Below are positions 18,422 to 27,562 of a stretch of DNA of 64,000 nt, one piece after another (position 1 is the first letter of the stretch; each line of letters begins with the position of its first letter). The stretch lies in the NCBI GenBank assembly GCA_041666225.1, contig JBAYHJ010000002.1, positions 23,446-87,445 on the forward strand, given 5' to 3'. The position numbers and the translations under genes were made by a program. Source of the DNA: Minisyncoccota bacterium (GTDB taxonomy: Bacteria > Patescibacteriota > Minisyncoccia > Phycocordibacterales > UBA9973). The notes under the pieces are model-generated. The model was not told the DNA's origin and did no database searches. It was given only the letters and a program-made list of their open reading frames with translations.

Positions 18422-19633
18422 ATGAAATTACATGAATTAGATTTTAAAAATCCATTTTATTCGTCTATTTATTGTGAGCGACACGTGAATGATTCAAAAG
18501 GTCGCTTTAATGAGTATTCAGAAGTGAACCCTATCTATGATCCTCAAGGATCTATACCCCAACTACAAGTACCATTTACTTGGATTCAAGAAGAAAATCT
18601 TGAAGTTTACAAAAGTAATCCATCATTAGGACTTTTATTGGATGTTTATAAAAATGGTGGATATAAATTCTTTTGGCACCCTGACACTATTCGTGCAACG
18701 TTTGTTATTAATGGTTATGCATCTATGCAACCAACAAGTTCTACTAGAACTATGCTTGAGATGAACACCATGGAGTATTATGTAAAAACTGATCTAGATA
18801 AAAAACATTTTCGTTTTGTTCGAAGATTAAAAAAAAGTTCAGTAATACATAGTATAGAAATTTGTAATGAACTACATACCTTAGTCTCAAAACTGTCAGC
18901 CGATTCAACGTACAGTTTTTTACCAGAATCTCTTGGTCTTGTGATCATGTACGGTCCTTATAAGGAATCTGGGGTTCTCTTTAGAGAAACAAAACCAGCT
19001 ATTATTTCTAAGGATAACAGAATGATTTTACCTTATCATGCATTATATGCTCTAGATTCAAATGATTTGGAATCAAAACCTTTATTGATTCAATTGTGTG
19101 AAAAAAATTCACCATTAGATCCATTAGGTTTCTTTCTAGAGTATATTGTTGGATATATTCAAGATGCATGGGTATTACTCGTTACTAAACGGGGATTATT
19201 ACCAGAATTACATGGTCAGAACTCTCTAATTGAAATTGATGAAAATTTCTTTCCTAAGAGAATTATTCATCGAGATTTCCAAGGTACTTACAGTGATTCC
19301 GAAATTCGTAAATCTCTTAATTTAAGTGTTTTTAAAAAACATGTTGCAGGAGAAGAAGATGGAACATCTAAAGCATCACAATACAGTCATGTTTATGACG
19401 GGATGATTGGACGATATTTGTTTTCAAGACTCACTAAAACATTTTGTGCTCATTATGAGAAATTTGACTACAAAACTGTTTCCAGTGAAATAGCACGTCG
19501 TTTTAATTTAATCCCTAATAACATAACTGATATGTTTCCGTTAACAACCTATAAATTTGGTAATTCTGCGAAAGAACAAGAGAATAATAATGTGTTTTTA
19601 GTAGATACAAAAGAATTACCAAACTTTCGTTGA
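18422..19633 (+). CDS. hypothetical protein with IucA/IucC-like (NRPS-independent siderophore synthetase-like) motifs; truncated relative to typical members
   Basis: 403 aa. SSTRTM and ELHGQN lie about 158 aa apart, with a Lys 12 residues after the TRT and a HRDFQG ~20 aa after HGQN. This spacing matches the S-x-R-T ... K ... H-x-Q-N ... D catalytic residues I recall for AcsD/IucA-family enzymes. Family assignment is from memory, not a search. Confidence 0.45.
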   Translation: MKLHELDFKNPFYSSIYCERHVNDSKGRFNEYSEVNPIYDPQGSIPQLQVPFTWIQEENLEVYKSNPSLGLLLDVYKNGGYKFFWHPDTIRATFVINGYASMQPTSSTRTMLEMNTMEYYVKTDLDKKHFRFVRRLKKSSVIHSIEICNELHTLVSKLSADSTYSFLPESLGLVIMYGPYKESGVLFRETKPAIISKDNRMILPYHALYALDSNDLESKPLLIQLCEKNSPLDPLGFFLEYIVGYIQDAWVLLVTKRGLLPELHGQNSLIEIDENFFPKRIIHRDFQGTYSDSEIRKSLNLSVFKKHVAGEEDGTSKASQYSHVYDGMIGRYLFSRLTKTFCAHYEKFDYKTVSSEIARRFNLIPNNITDMFPLTTYKFGNSAKEQENNNVFLVDTKELPNFR

Positions 19634-19666
19634 ATTTATTTGTTTTTAAATGTAAAATAAGAACAT

Positions 19667-20446
19667 ATGAAAGAAATATTAAAAACATCTGATTTCGGAA
19701 CAGGGTTAACAGAATTGTATATCTATGAGTCTACAAGTAAGACAGAAAGGGTTATTTTACTTCTAAAAGGTATATATGGTTACCATTTCCAATTAGATGA
19801 TTTTCAAACTAGCCTATTTGGTCTTAAATGGGATCAATCATTTATTCGCTACTTTCTTCCTCATGCTCATGTAATTTGTGTAAATACTTCTAGGCTTGAT
19901 GACTATAACCAAAATGTTTTCTCTCAAAGACGAGATGCATTTGAAGGGAAAAATTATCATCAAGAAGTGAATGATGTTGAAATTGCTTTTAATAGAGCTC
20001 TTCAATTACTTTCTGAAAGAGGTTTTAAAAATCTCCAGATTCATTTAATAGGAAAATCCTTTGGTGGAACAGTTTTTTTGGGGATGCCGGAAATAGTTCA
20101 AAAGTCTATTTCAATTTCTATGTTTGGTAGTGGTTGTGGTAAAAGAGAAGACTCAAAAAGTTCACTATTAAGAACATTACCAAACGAAGAGATTTTACTT
20201 AAAACCATAAATGACTATCGAGGATTGTTTTCTTTTTATCATGGAGAGCTTGATGAAATTGTACCTATTGAATCACAAGAAAAGATTGTGAAAGCAAGTG
20301 GTGCGAAATTAACAAGTTACATTACAATGAAAGGAGTTGATCATGAGTTTGAAAAAATGTATGGTGAAGAAAACTTAGAACCTGGAACCTTGTTAAGAAA
20401 AATGTTACTAAATAATATTTTGTTTAGTGATAATATAAAATTATAA
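19667..20446 (+). CDS. alpha/beta-fold hydrolase (dienelactone-hydrolase/esterase-like)
   Basis: Nucleophile elbow IHLIGKSFGGTVF (GxSxG) and later GELDEIVP and GVDHEF, consistent with a Ser-Asp-His triad order. Confidence 0.65.
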   Translation: MKEILKTSDFGTGLTELYIYESTSKTERVILLLKGIYGYHFQLDDFQTSLFGLKWDQSFIRYFLPHAHVICVNTSRLDDYNQNVFSQRRDAFEGKNYHQEVNDVEIAFNRALQLLSERGFKNLQIHLIGKSFGGTVFLGMPEIVQKSISISMFGSGCGKREDSKSSLLRTLPNEEILLKTINDYRGLFSFYHGELDEIVPIESQEKIVKASGAKLTSYITMKGVDHEFEKMYGEENLEPGTLLRKMLLNNILFSDNIKL

Positions 20447-20449
20447 ATA

Positions 20450-20483
20450 CCTAGTATAAATTAGAATGCTAGGTATTTTTTAA
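20450..20483. terminator. bidirectional terminator between the hydrolase (+) and hsp20 (-)
   Basis: ACCTAGTA-taaattagaatg-CTAGGT followed by TTTTTT. Confidence 0.5.
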
Positions 20484-20488
20484 TGGTT

Positions 20489-20989
20489 TTAAATTGATTT
20501 AATTTTTAACTTTGTCTCTCGGTTTTTATCTAATTTAGGAAGTTTAATGATCAATAATCCATGTCTCTCTACTGCTTCTGCTTCTTCTGGGTCAACTTCT
20601 TCGGGGAGAGAGATAGTTCTAGAAAATGACCCCCAATAAAGTTCTTGAACAAAATAGTTACCCTTATCAATCGATTGATTTTCTTCACGTTTACCTTTTA
20701 TGGTAATCATATCGCGAGTTATTGTTATAGAAAGATTGTCAGGTTGAACTCCTGCTACCATGGTTTGTACAACTATATCAGAAGGTGTTTGGTATACATC
20801 AACTGTTAATTCTGCGTCGATTTCTTCTTCCCACTTAGGTTCTTTGGGTAGATTTATTTCTCTTTGTTCAGAAACGTCTTTTGTTTTTAAATTGTTTAAA
20901 GAATTGTTTCCTTCTTCATTATTTTCCTCACTGTCTTCAAATCGAATACTTCCAGTAAGGCGCTCTAAAAATGATTTCTTTTTTGGCAT
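20489..20989 (-). CDS. Hsp20/alpha-crystallin family small heat-shock protein
   Basis: ACD-like core TVDVYQTPSDIVVQTMVAGVQPDNLSITITRDMITIKGKR...GSFSRTISLPEEVDPEEAEAVERHGLLIIKLPK; 166 aa. Confidence 0.85.
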   Translation of the reverse strand: MPKKKSFLERLTGSIRFEDSEENNEEGNNSLNNLKTKDVSEQREINLPKEPKWEEEIDAELTVDVYQTPSDIVVQTMVAGVQPDNLSITITRDMITIKGKREENQSIDKGNYFVQELYWGSFSRTISLPEEVDPEEAEAVERHGLLIIKLPKLDKNRETKLKIKSI

Positions 20990-20999
20990 AATTTTTTAT

Positions 21000-21713
21000 T
21001 TAATTTGATATAGGAATATTATTTCCCATACGTTTTAATTTCTCAAATATAAGAATATTAATAATCGTGACGACCCACAAAAATCCGAAAACAGAAAGGA
21101 AATTCTCGCCACTTCCTTTCATTATAAAAAAATTAAAGACACTATGCAATAGAATAGCACACAAAATACCAGCAATAAGATATATTACTCTATATTGTCT
21201 TAGATAAAAAGATAATCCAAGAGCGCTACCTATCATTGCACTTGATATGGCGTGCAGTAAGGTAGATCCTAAAAACCTTAAATTTCCCGTGAGCATTCCA
21301 ACGACAGTTCCACTTATGCTAATTGGGTTTAATAAATATAGAAAATTTTCTAAAGCCGCAAAACCAAGAGCTGTAGCTATGAAATACATTGGGTAATCTA
21401 TTGGTCTATCTACATTTTGATTTCCAGTAATTATTATCATTACGCCAATAAATTTTAATAACTCTTCGATTGAAGCCCAGAGTATAATTTGGATTTGATT
21501 GTCTTTTATAAAATTCAGAGAATATTTTTCAAGCGCAATCGCCAGGAAAACAATCAAACCCCCTAATATAAAAGATATTATAATAAGACCAATTGGTTCA
21601 CGTTCATCATTATCTTCTTCTCGAAGCCAAAACCAAAGCCAAAATATGGCAGGGATTACTCCACCTAAAACTGCGAATAAAAATATTTTTGGTTCTTTTA
21701 AAAAATCAATCAT
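21000..21713 (-). CDS. prsW: PrsW-family intramembrane metalloprotease
   Basis: Polytopic protein with EEDNDER/EELLK-type acidic motifs, the FIATALGFAALENFLYL (FxxxALGFAAxEN) motif and the HAISSAMIGSALG (HxxxxxxxG) motif characteristic of PrsW. Confidence 0.65.
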   Translation of the reverse strand: MIDFLKEPKIFLFAVLGGVIPAIFWLWFWLREEDNDEREPIGLIIISFILGGLIVFLAIALEKYSLNFIKDNQIQIILWASIEELLKFIGVMIIITGNQNVDRPIDYPMYFIATALGFAALENFLYLLNPISISGTVVGMLTGNLRFLGSTLLHAISSAMIGSALGLSFYLRQYRVIYLIAGILCAILLHSVFNFFIMKGSGENFLSVFGFLWVVTIINILIFEKLKRMGNNIPISN

Positions 21714-21750
21714 TTATTTTTAATTAGTACTTCGTCTTCTGACTCAGCAC

Positions 21751-23985
21751 CTACGGCCTCTCGGACTTCGGCCATTCTTCAACCATTAATAATTTTTTGT
21801 TATCTATTGGCATCATACTCCAAATCTCTTCGGTGACGAATGGCATAAAAGGATGAAGTACTTTAAGAATTTTAACTAAAGTGTCAAATAAAAATTGTTC
21901 GCGGGATTCTTTCGCAATTTTGTCATTCCCAGAAAGTATTATTTTACTTTCTTCGATTATTACATCAGCGAATCGTGACCAAGTGTATTGATATATTTTT
22001 TCTCCAACTAAGTAGAATTTGTATTCATCCATTTCTTTAGTAATTTCTTTAATAAATTCATCTCGTTCTTTTATTAATTCTAGATCAACATTGGAGTAAT
22101 TATTAAAATTAGCATCATATTTTATGTTTGGTGTACTACTTAAAACAAAACGTGTTATATTCCAGAGTTTATTTGCATAATTCTTATAAGCTCTTATTTT
22201 ATCTTCAGACATTCTACTGTCATTTCCAGGGCCTGTACCTATAATGAGAGACATTCGTACTGCATCTGCTCCATATTTTTCACTTACTTCAAGTGGGTCA
22301 AGTGCGTTACCTAGAGATTTACTCATTTTTCGTCCCTGTCCATCACGAACTAATCCATGTAAGTATACATTTTTAAATGGAATTTCACCAAGTATGTAAG
22401 TACTCATCAATATCATTCTTGCAACCCAGAAGAAAAGTATATCGTACCCAGTTTCAAGTACGTCTGTTGGGTGATATGTTTTTAAATCTTTAGCTTCTAT
22501 ATTTGGCCAACCAAGAGTAGAAAATGTCCAAAGGCCTGAAGAAAACCAAGTATCAAGGGTATCAGGATCTTGTTCCCAATTTTCAATATCTTCAGGTGGA
22601 TTTATATTACAATATATTTCTGTATTATTTTCATTCGTAATTCCTAATTCGTAATTATTAATTGTTTTTCGATACCAAACTGGAATTCTATGCCCATACC
22701 ATATTTGACGAGAAATACACCAATCGTGAAGATTTTCTATCCAATTATAATAAACCCTTTCAAAATTATTTGGTATTATTTTTATTTCACCATTTTTAAC
22801 TGGCTCGAGCATTAATTCTTTAAGAGTTTTGTTATCACGGTCTTTTATTTGTTTATTAACATTTATAAACCACTGTAATTTTGGTAATGGTTCAATTATT
22901 CCTCCTGTTCGCTCTGCGGTGGAAACATTTTGAGATATTTCTTCTTCATTTTCTAAAAGATTTTCATTTTTTAACCACTCAACGATAGCTTCACGAGCGA
23001 TGGTTGTTTTTTTATCTAAAATTCTTTCATCACCAACAGTCATTTTTGCAAATTCATTTATTACTTGTTTGGTTGGAAGATTATGTCTTTGTGCAATCTC
23101 TGCATCTATTTGAGAATGAGCTGGTGTTACCCCTAGAGCACCAGTTCCGAAATCTTTTTCAACACTTTGATCCGCAATAATTTTTATTTCCAATTTAACT
23201 CCACAAAAATCATTAATTGTAAATGTTTTACCTATATAATCGCTGTAACGAGAATCTTCTGGGTGAACAGCGACTGCTGTATCTCCAACTTTTGTTTCTG
23301 GTCTTGTTGTTGATATTGAGATAGGGAAGTCTTTTGAGTATTTAAAAGTATACATTTTAGCTTTTCTTTCTTCGTAAACTATTTCATCATCAGAAATAAC
23401 TGTTTGACCTTTTGGATCCCAGTTTACAATACGGTGACCGCGATAAATAATTTCATCATCGTACATTTTTTTAAAAGCTGTACGGACAGCAAGATTTCTA
23501 TCTGCATCTAGTGTATAGGCTTCTCGTGACCAGTCTAAAGAAGAACCCATTTTTTTTGATTGATTGATTATTGTGTCGTGAGAATCTTGTGCGAACTTCT
23601 CAACTCTTTTCAAAAATTCTTCGCGACCAAGATCACTTTTTTTAATTCCTTCTTTTTCGAGATTTTTTTCAACTCTAGATTGAGTTGCAATTGCCGCATG
23701 GTCAGTACCAGGAAGCCAAAGAGTACGTTTGCCTTGCATGCGAGCATAGCGGATCATAATATCTTCTATTGTGAGCATAGCAGCGTGACCAATATGTAGA
23801 GTTCCAGTAACATTTGGGGGAGGAAGGACCATACAAAATGGTTCGGCATTTTTATCTGTAACTCCTTTTTCTATACAAACATCGGGATTAAAAAATCCAC
23901 TTTCTTCCCATATTTTATATATTTTATCTTCTGTTTCTTTTGGGTCGTAGGGTTTTAAAAATTTAGAGTTGATATCATTTTCCAT
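21751..23985 (-). CDS. valS: valyl-tRNA synthetase (short form, 744 aa, lacking the C-terminal coiled coil)
   Basis: PPPNVTGTLHIGHAAMLTIEDIMIRYARMQG (HIGH), KMSKSLGN, and the C-terminal EEWP motif followed shortly by a stop. Confidence 0.95.
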   Translation of the reverse strand: MENDINSKFLKPYDPKETEDKIYKIWEESGFFNPDVCIEKGVTDKNAEPFCMVLPPPNVTGTLHIGHAAMLTIEDIMIRYARMQGKRTLWLPGTDHAAIATQSRVEKNLEKEGIKKSDLGREEFLKRVEKFAQDSHDTIINQSKKMGSSLDWSREAYTLDADRNLAVRTAFKKMYDDEIIYRGHRIVNWDPKGQTVISDDEIVYEERKAKMYTFKYSKDFPISISTTRPETKVGDTAVAVHPEDSRYSDYIGKTFTINDFCGVKLEIKIIADQSVEKDFGTGALGVTPAHSQIDAEIAQRHNLPTKQVINEFAKMTVGDERILDKKTTIAREAIVEWLKNENLLENEEEISQNVSTAERTGGIIEPLPKLQWFINVNKQIKDRDNKTLKELMLEPVKNGEIKIIPNNFERVYYNWIENLHDWCISRQIWYGHRIPVWYRKTINNYELGITNENNTEIYCNINPPEDIENWEQDPDTLDTWFSSGLWTFSTLGWPNIEAKDLKTYHPTDVLETGYDILFFWVARMILMSTYILGEIPFKNVYLHGLVRDGQGRKMSKSLGNALDPLEVSEKYGADAVRMSLIIGTGPGNDSRMSEDKIRAYKNYANKLWNITRFVLSSTPNIKYDANFNNYSNVDLELIKERDEFIKEITKEMDEYKFYLVGEKIYQYTWSRFADVIIEESKIILSGNDKIAKESREQFLFDTLVKILKVLHPFMPFVTEEIWSMMPIDNKKLLMVEEWPKSERP

Positions 23986-24022
23986 ATATAGAATATAGCA
24001 TTTTAAGGCTATATTGGGAAGT

Positions 24023-25225
24023 TTATAAGGATAAGTTTCCTTTAGCTTTAATAGATTTTATATTTTTAACTATTTTTCTGTTTTTATACTGAAAATATCC
24101 CACAATTGCTATCATAAGAGCATTGTCTCCAGTTAGGTTTTTAGAAGGGAAGTATATTTTTGTTCTTAGTTTATTTTTTTTAACATCGTTCGTCATTACT
24201 TCTTGTAAGTATTTATTTGCTGAGACTCCTCCGCCAACTATAAGGGTTTTAATTTTGTATTGCTTAATTGCTTTAATTGTTTTATAAGTTAATGTTTCAA
24301 CGACTGCATTTTCGAATTCTTTAGCAATTTCTTGTTTTATTTTAATATTATCGAGAACATTAGGATTTTTTTCTGTTAAATCTCTTATCAAATACAAGAC
24401 TGCAGTTTTTAGTCCAGAAAAAGAAAAATCATAATCCTTTGAGTATATCATTGGGCGGGGAAGTATTATTGGGTTTTTTGAATTTTTATTAGAACGGCCT
24501 ATGGCTGCTAGTTTTGATATTTCAGGACCTCCTGGGTACGGAAGACCGAGCATACGAGCAACTTTATCGAATGCTTCTCCCGCTGCATCATCTCTTGTTT
24601 GTCCTATTTTTTTATATTTCATCCAATCTTTAACAAGTATTAGTTCAGTATGTCCACCTGAAACCAAAAGAGAAAGCATTGGGAATATTTTTTTATCAGA
24701 ATCAATAATAAAAGTTTTATTCTTTTTAGGAAATATTGAAAAAATATGTCCTTCCATGTGGTTAACTTCCACTATGGGGATATTCCAATAAGTACTAAGT
24801 GCTTTTGCAAAACTTATTCCAACCCAAAGGGCAGGTTCAAGTCCTGGTCCAGTGGTAACTGCGATCGCATCAATTTTCGGTTTTACTATGAATGGCATTA
24901 TTGTGGGCCATAATTCATTTAATTCATTTTCTCTACTTAAAAGAATATTAATTTTTTCATCCAGTTTTTTATCTATCTTAGGATTTTTATTTATTTTATG
25001 AATTTTTGCTTTTTTTAAAACATTTTCTAAAACACTTAAAATATTTTTTCCATGCTCACGTTTTGCCATCATCGGGAAAACACCTCCATATTGAGTGTGA
25101 AGTGCTATTTGGGAAGATATGTCATTACCAAGAATTTTAAATTTAGTTTTTGAATTCACTTTTTGAGCTTCTATAATAGCTATAGCTGTCTCATCGCAAG
25201 ATGTTTCAATGGCTAACAATTTCAT
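24023..25225 (-). CDS. tsaD: tRNA N6-adenosine threonylcarbamoyltransferase TsaD (Kae1/YgjD family)
   Basis: MKLLAIETSCDETAIAII, the metal-binding HMEGHI motif, VSGGHTEL and GGVSANKYL; 400 aa, so it carries an insertion relative to the ~340-aa norm. Confidence 0.9.
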   Translation of the reverse strand: MKLLAIETSCDETAIAIIEAQKVNSKTKFKILGNDISSQIALHTQYGGVFPMMAKREHGKNILSVLENVLKKAKIHKINKNPKIDKKLDEKINILLSRENELNELWPTIMPFIVKPKIDAIAVTTGPGLEPALWVGISFAKALSTYWNIPIVEVNHMEGHIFSIFPKKNKTFIIDSDKKIFPMLSLLVSGGHTELILVKDWMKYKKIGQTRDDAAGEAFDKVARMLGLPYPGGPEISKLAAIGRSNKNSKNPIILPRPMIYSKDYDFSFSGLKTAVLYLIRDLTEKNPNVLDNIKIKQEIAKEFENAVVETLTYKTIKAIKQYKIKTLIVGGGVSANKYLQEVMTNDVKKNKLRTKIYFPSKNLTGDNALMIAIVGYFQYKNRKIVKNIKSIKAKGNLSL

Positions 25226-25281
25226 AAAATTACTATACCATAAGGGTTTTTATTTGACTATTTTTATGATAAACTTGATTT

Positions 25282-25860
25282 ATGGATAAAAAACATATTA
25301 TTACCATTGCTGGTAAACTCGGAAGTGGTAAATCTTCAACCGCAAAAATGGTTGCTGAAATTTTAAACTATAAACATTTCTCTACTGGTGATTTTATGAG
25401 GTCTATTGCAGATAAAAGAGGAATTTCATTAGGTGACTTAAGTCAAATTGCAGAAACTGATCCATCTATAGATAAGGAGTTGGATGATCATAATATTGAA
25501 ATAGGTAATATGAATAACATAGTACTAGATTCAAGATTGGGTTTCTATTTTATTCCAGATTCTTTTAAGGTTTTTCTTGAGTTAGATCCAGAAACTGCAT
25601 CAGAAAGAATTTTAGAAGATAAAAAAAATAATTTAAATAGAAGCAAAGAGGCAACAGGGGCTTTTGATACAAAAGAGAATATTTTGGAAAAAATAAACCA
25701 CCGTCTTCTAAGTGAAAGAAAAAGATATAAAGAATTATATGGAATTGAAGATCAAACCTCTCATGATAATTTTGACTTAGTTATAGATACAAAAGAAATA
25801 AATCTAAAAGATGTATCAAATAAAATAATAGAAGAATATAGTAATTGGTTAAATAAATAA
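25282..25860 (+). CDS. cmk: cytidylate kinase-like nucleoside monophosphate kinase
   Basis: P-loop IAGKLGSGKSSTAKMVAEILNYKHFSTGDFMR plus an NMP-kinase-like layout; 192 aa. Confidence 0.6.
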   Translation: MDKKHIITIAGKLGSGKSSTAKMVAEILNYKHFSTGDFMRSIADKRGISLGDLSQIAETDPSIDKELDDHNIEIGNMNNIVLDSRLGFYFIPDSFKVFLELDPETASERILEDKKNNLNRSKEATGAFDTKENILEKINHRLLSERKRYKELYGIEDQTSHDNFDLVIDTKEINLKDVSNKIIEEYSNWLNK

Positions 25861-25862
25861 TT

Positions 25863-27281
25863 ATGAAAATATTAAGTGAAATATTAGAAGATGTGCAAAT
25901 ATTAGAGAGCCATGGTAACTTAGAGGCTCACGTTTCTTCTATTTCACTTTCCTCAAAAAATATTGAGTTGCATTCCGTTTATATTGCCATTGTTGGTAAT
26001 GTGGTAGATGGTCATATTTTCATAGATGAAGTTATTAAAAGTGGAGCAACTACAATAATTTACGAGCGTGATCCTTCTGATTTTAAAAATGGAGTTACTT
26101 ATATTAAAGTGATGGATACTCACAGTGCTTTAGGTATTATTTCCGATAATTTTTACGGAAATCCATCTTCTAAACTGAAACTTATTGGAGTGACTGGAAC
26201 AAATGGGAAAACCACCACTGCTACATTATTACATAAACTTTTCCTTAATTTAGGATATAAGGCTGGAATGATAGGAACAGTAGTTAATAAAATAAATGAT
26301 AAATCATATGAGGCTATCCGAACAACTCCAGATTCTATTAGTTTGAATAAACTACTTGCCGAAATGGTAGATAGTGGTTGTGAGTATTGTTTTATGGAAG
26401 TCTCATCTCATTCTGTTTGTGAGAAACGTATTGAGGGACTCACTTTTTTGGGTGGAATATTTACAAATCTTACATTAGACCATTTGGATTACCATAAGAC
26501 AATTGAAAATTATTGTGATGCTAAAAAAAGTTTTTTTGATATTTTACCTGCCAATGGTTTTGCGATTGCAAACATTGATGATGATAAAGGGGAATATATG
26601 CTAAGTTCGACTAAGGCACGTAAATATACATTAAGTTTAAAAAAAGAAGCAGATTTTAATGAAAGGTTTACTACAAAACTTATTGGAGAATTCAATGCTT
26701 ATAACATTTTGGGTATTTATGCTGTAGCAGTATTGCTTGGAGAAAATAAAGAAAAAGTAAAAGAAATTATAAAAAATCTTGATTCAGTTCCTGGGAGGTT
26801 TCAATCAATTAAAAGTGCTAACAATATTACGGGAATTGTAGATTATGCTCATACCCCCGATGCGCTCGAGAATGTTTTAAAAACTATCAACAAAATGAAA
26901 CATGTACCAGTCGGACTGGTACATGGGAAAGTTATTACAGTTATTGGTTGTGGAGGAGATCGAGATAAAAGTAAACGTCCAATAATGGCCAAAATTGGTT
27001 ATGAAATGAGTGATATTTTAATACTTACTTCTGATAATCCTCGAACTGAAAAACCAGAAGATATTTTAAATGATATGCAAAAGGGATTGCCGATGGATTA
27101 TGAAGGTAAAACATTTATTATTATTGATCGACATTTTGCAATTGAAAAAGCATATGAGCTTGCAAAATCTGGTGATTATATTTTAGTTGCAGGAAAGGGA
27201 CACGAAAATTATCAAGAAATAAATGGACTCAAAACTCATTTTGATGATGTGGAAGAATTAGAAAAATACCTTAATCAGTAA
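25863..27281 (+). CDS. murE: UDP-N-acetylmuramoyl-L-alanyl-D-glutamate--2,6-diaminopimelate ligase (MurE)
   Basis: GVTGTNGKTTTATLL Mur ligase P-loop and the DNPR motif (TSDNPRTE) indicative of meso-DAP specificity. Confidence 0.9.
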   Translation: MKILSEILEDVQILESHGNLEAHVSSISLSSKNIELHSVYIAIVGNVVDGHIFIDEVIKSGATTIIYERDPSDFKNGVTYIKVMDTHSALGIISDNFYGNPSSKLKLIGVTGTNGKTTTATLLHKLFLNLGYKAGMIGTVVNKINDKSYEAIRTTPDSISLNKLLAEMVDSGCEYCFMEVSSHSVCEKRIEGLTFLGGIFTNLTLDHLDYHKTIENYCDAKKSFFDILPANGFAIANIDDDKGEYMLSSTKARKYTLSLKKEADFNERFTTKLIGEFNAYNILGIYAVAVLLGENKEKVKEIIKNLDSVPGRFQSIKSANNITGIVDYAHTPDALENVLKTINKMKHVPVGLVHGKVITVIGCGGDRDKSKRPIMAKIGYEMSDILILTSDNPRTEKPEDILNDMQKGLPMDYEGKTFIIIDRHFAIEKAYELAKSGDYILVAGKGHENYQEINGLKTHFDDVEELEKYLNQ

Positions 27282-27358
27282 GTAGTCATGTCCAAGCCTT
27301 GCCTGGACATATGATCAAGTTAAGGGAAAAATTAAGGTTAATTAACTAAAATAATTTT

Positions 27359-27562
27359 ATGGCAAAAGAAATAGAGAAAAAATATACAAAAAAACAGACA
27401 TTGAAAATACTTAAAAGATTGGTTGATTCTTTGGAAAAAGAAAAAGCATTTAAAATGCAGATAAAAGGTAAAAAAGTCTATCTTTCTAAAGAATCAGAAA
27501 TTGAGATTGAATATGAAAGAAATAAAAAAGAAGAAAAAATAGAAATTGAAATTAAATGGTAG
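27359..27562 (+). CDS. hypothetical small Lys/Glu-rich protein (67 aa)
   Basis: Charged, helix-prone sequence ending ...IEIEIKW; overlaps the murC start by 17 nt. Confidence 0.4.
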   Translation: MAKEIEKKYTKKQTLKILKRLVDSLEKEKAFKMQIKGKKVYLSKESEIEIEYERNKKEEKIEIEIKW

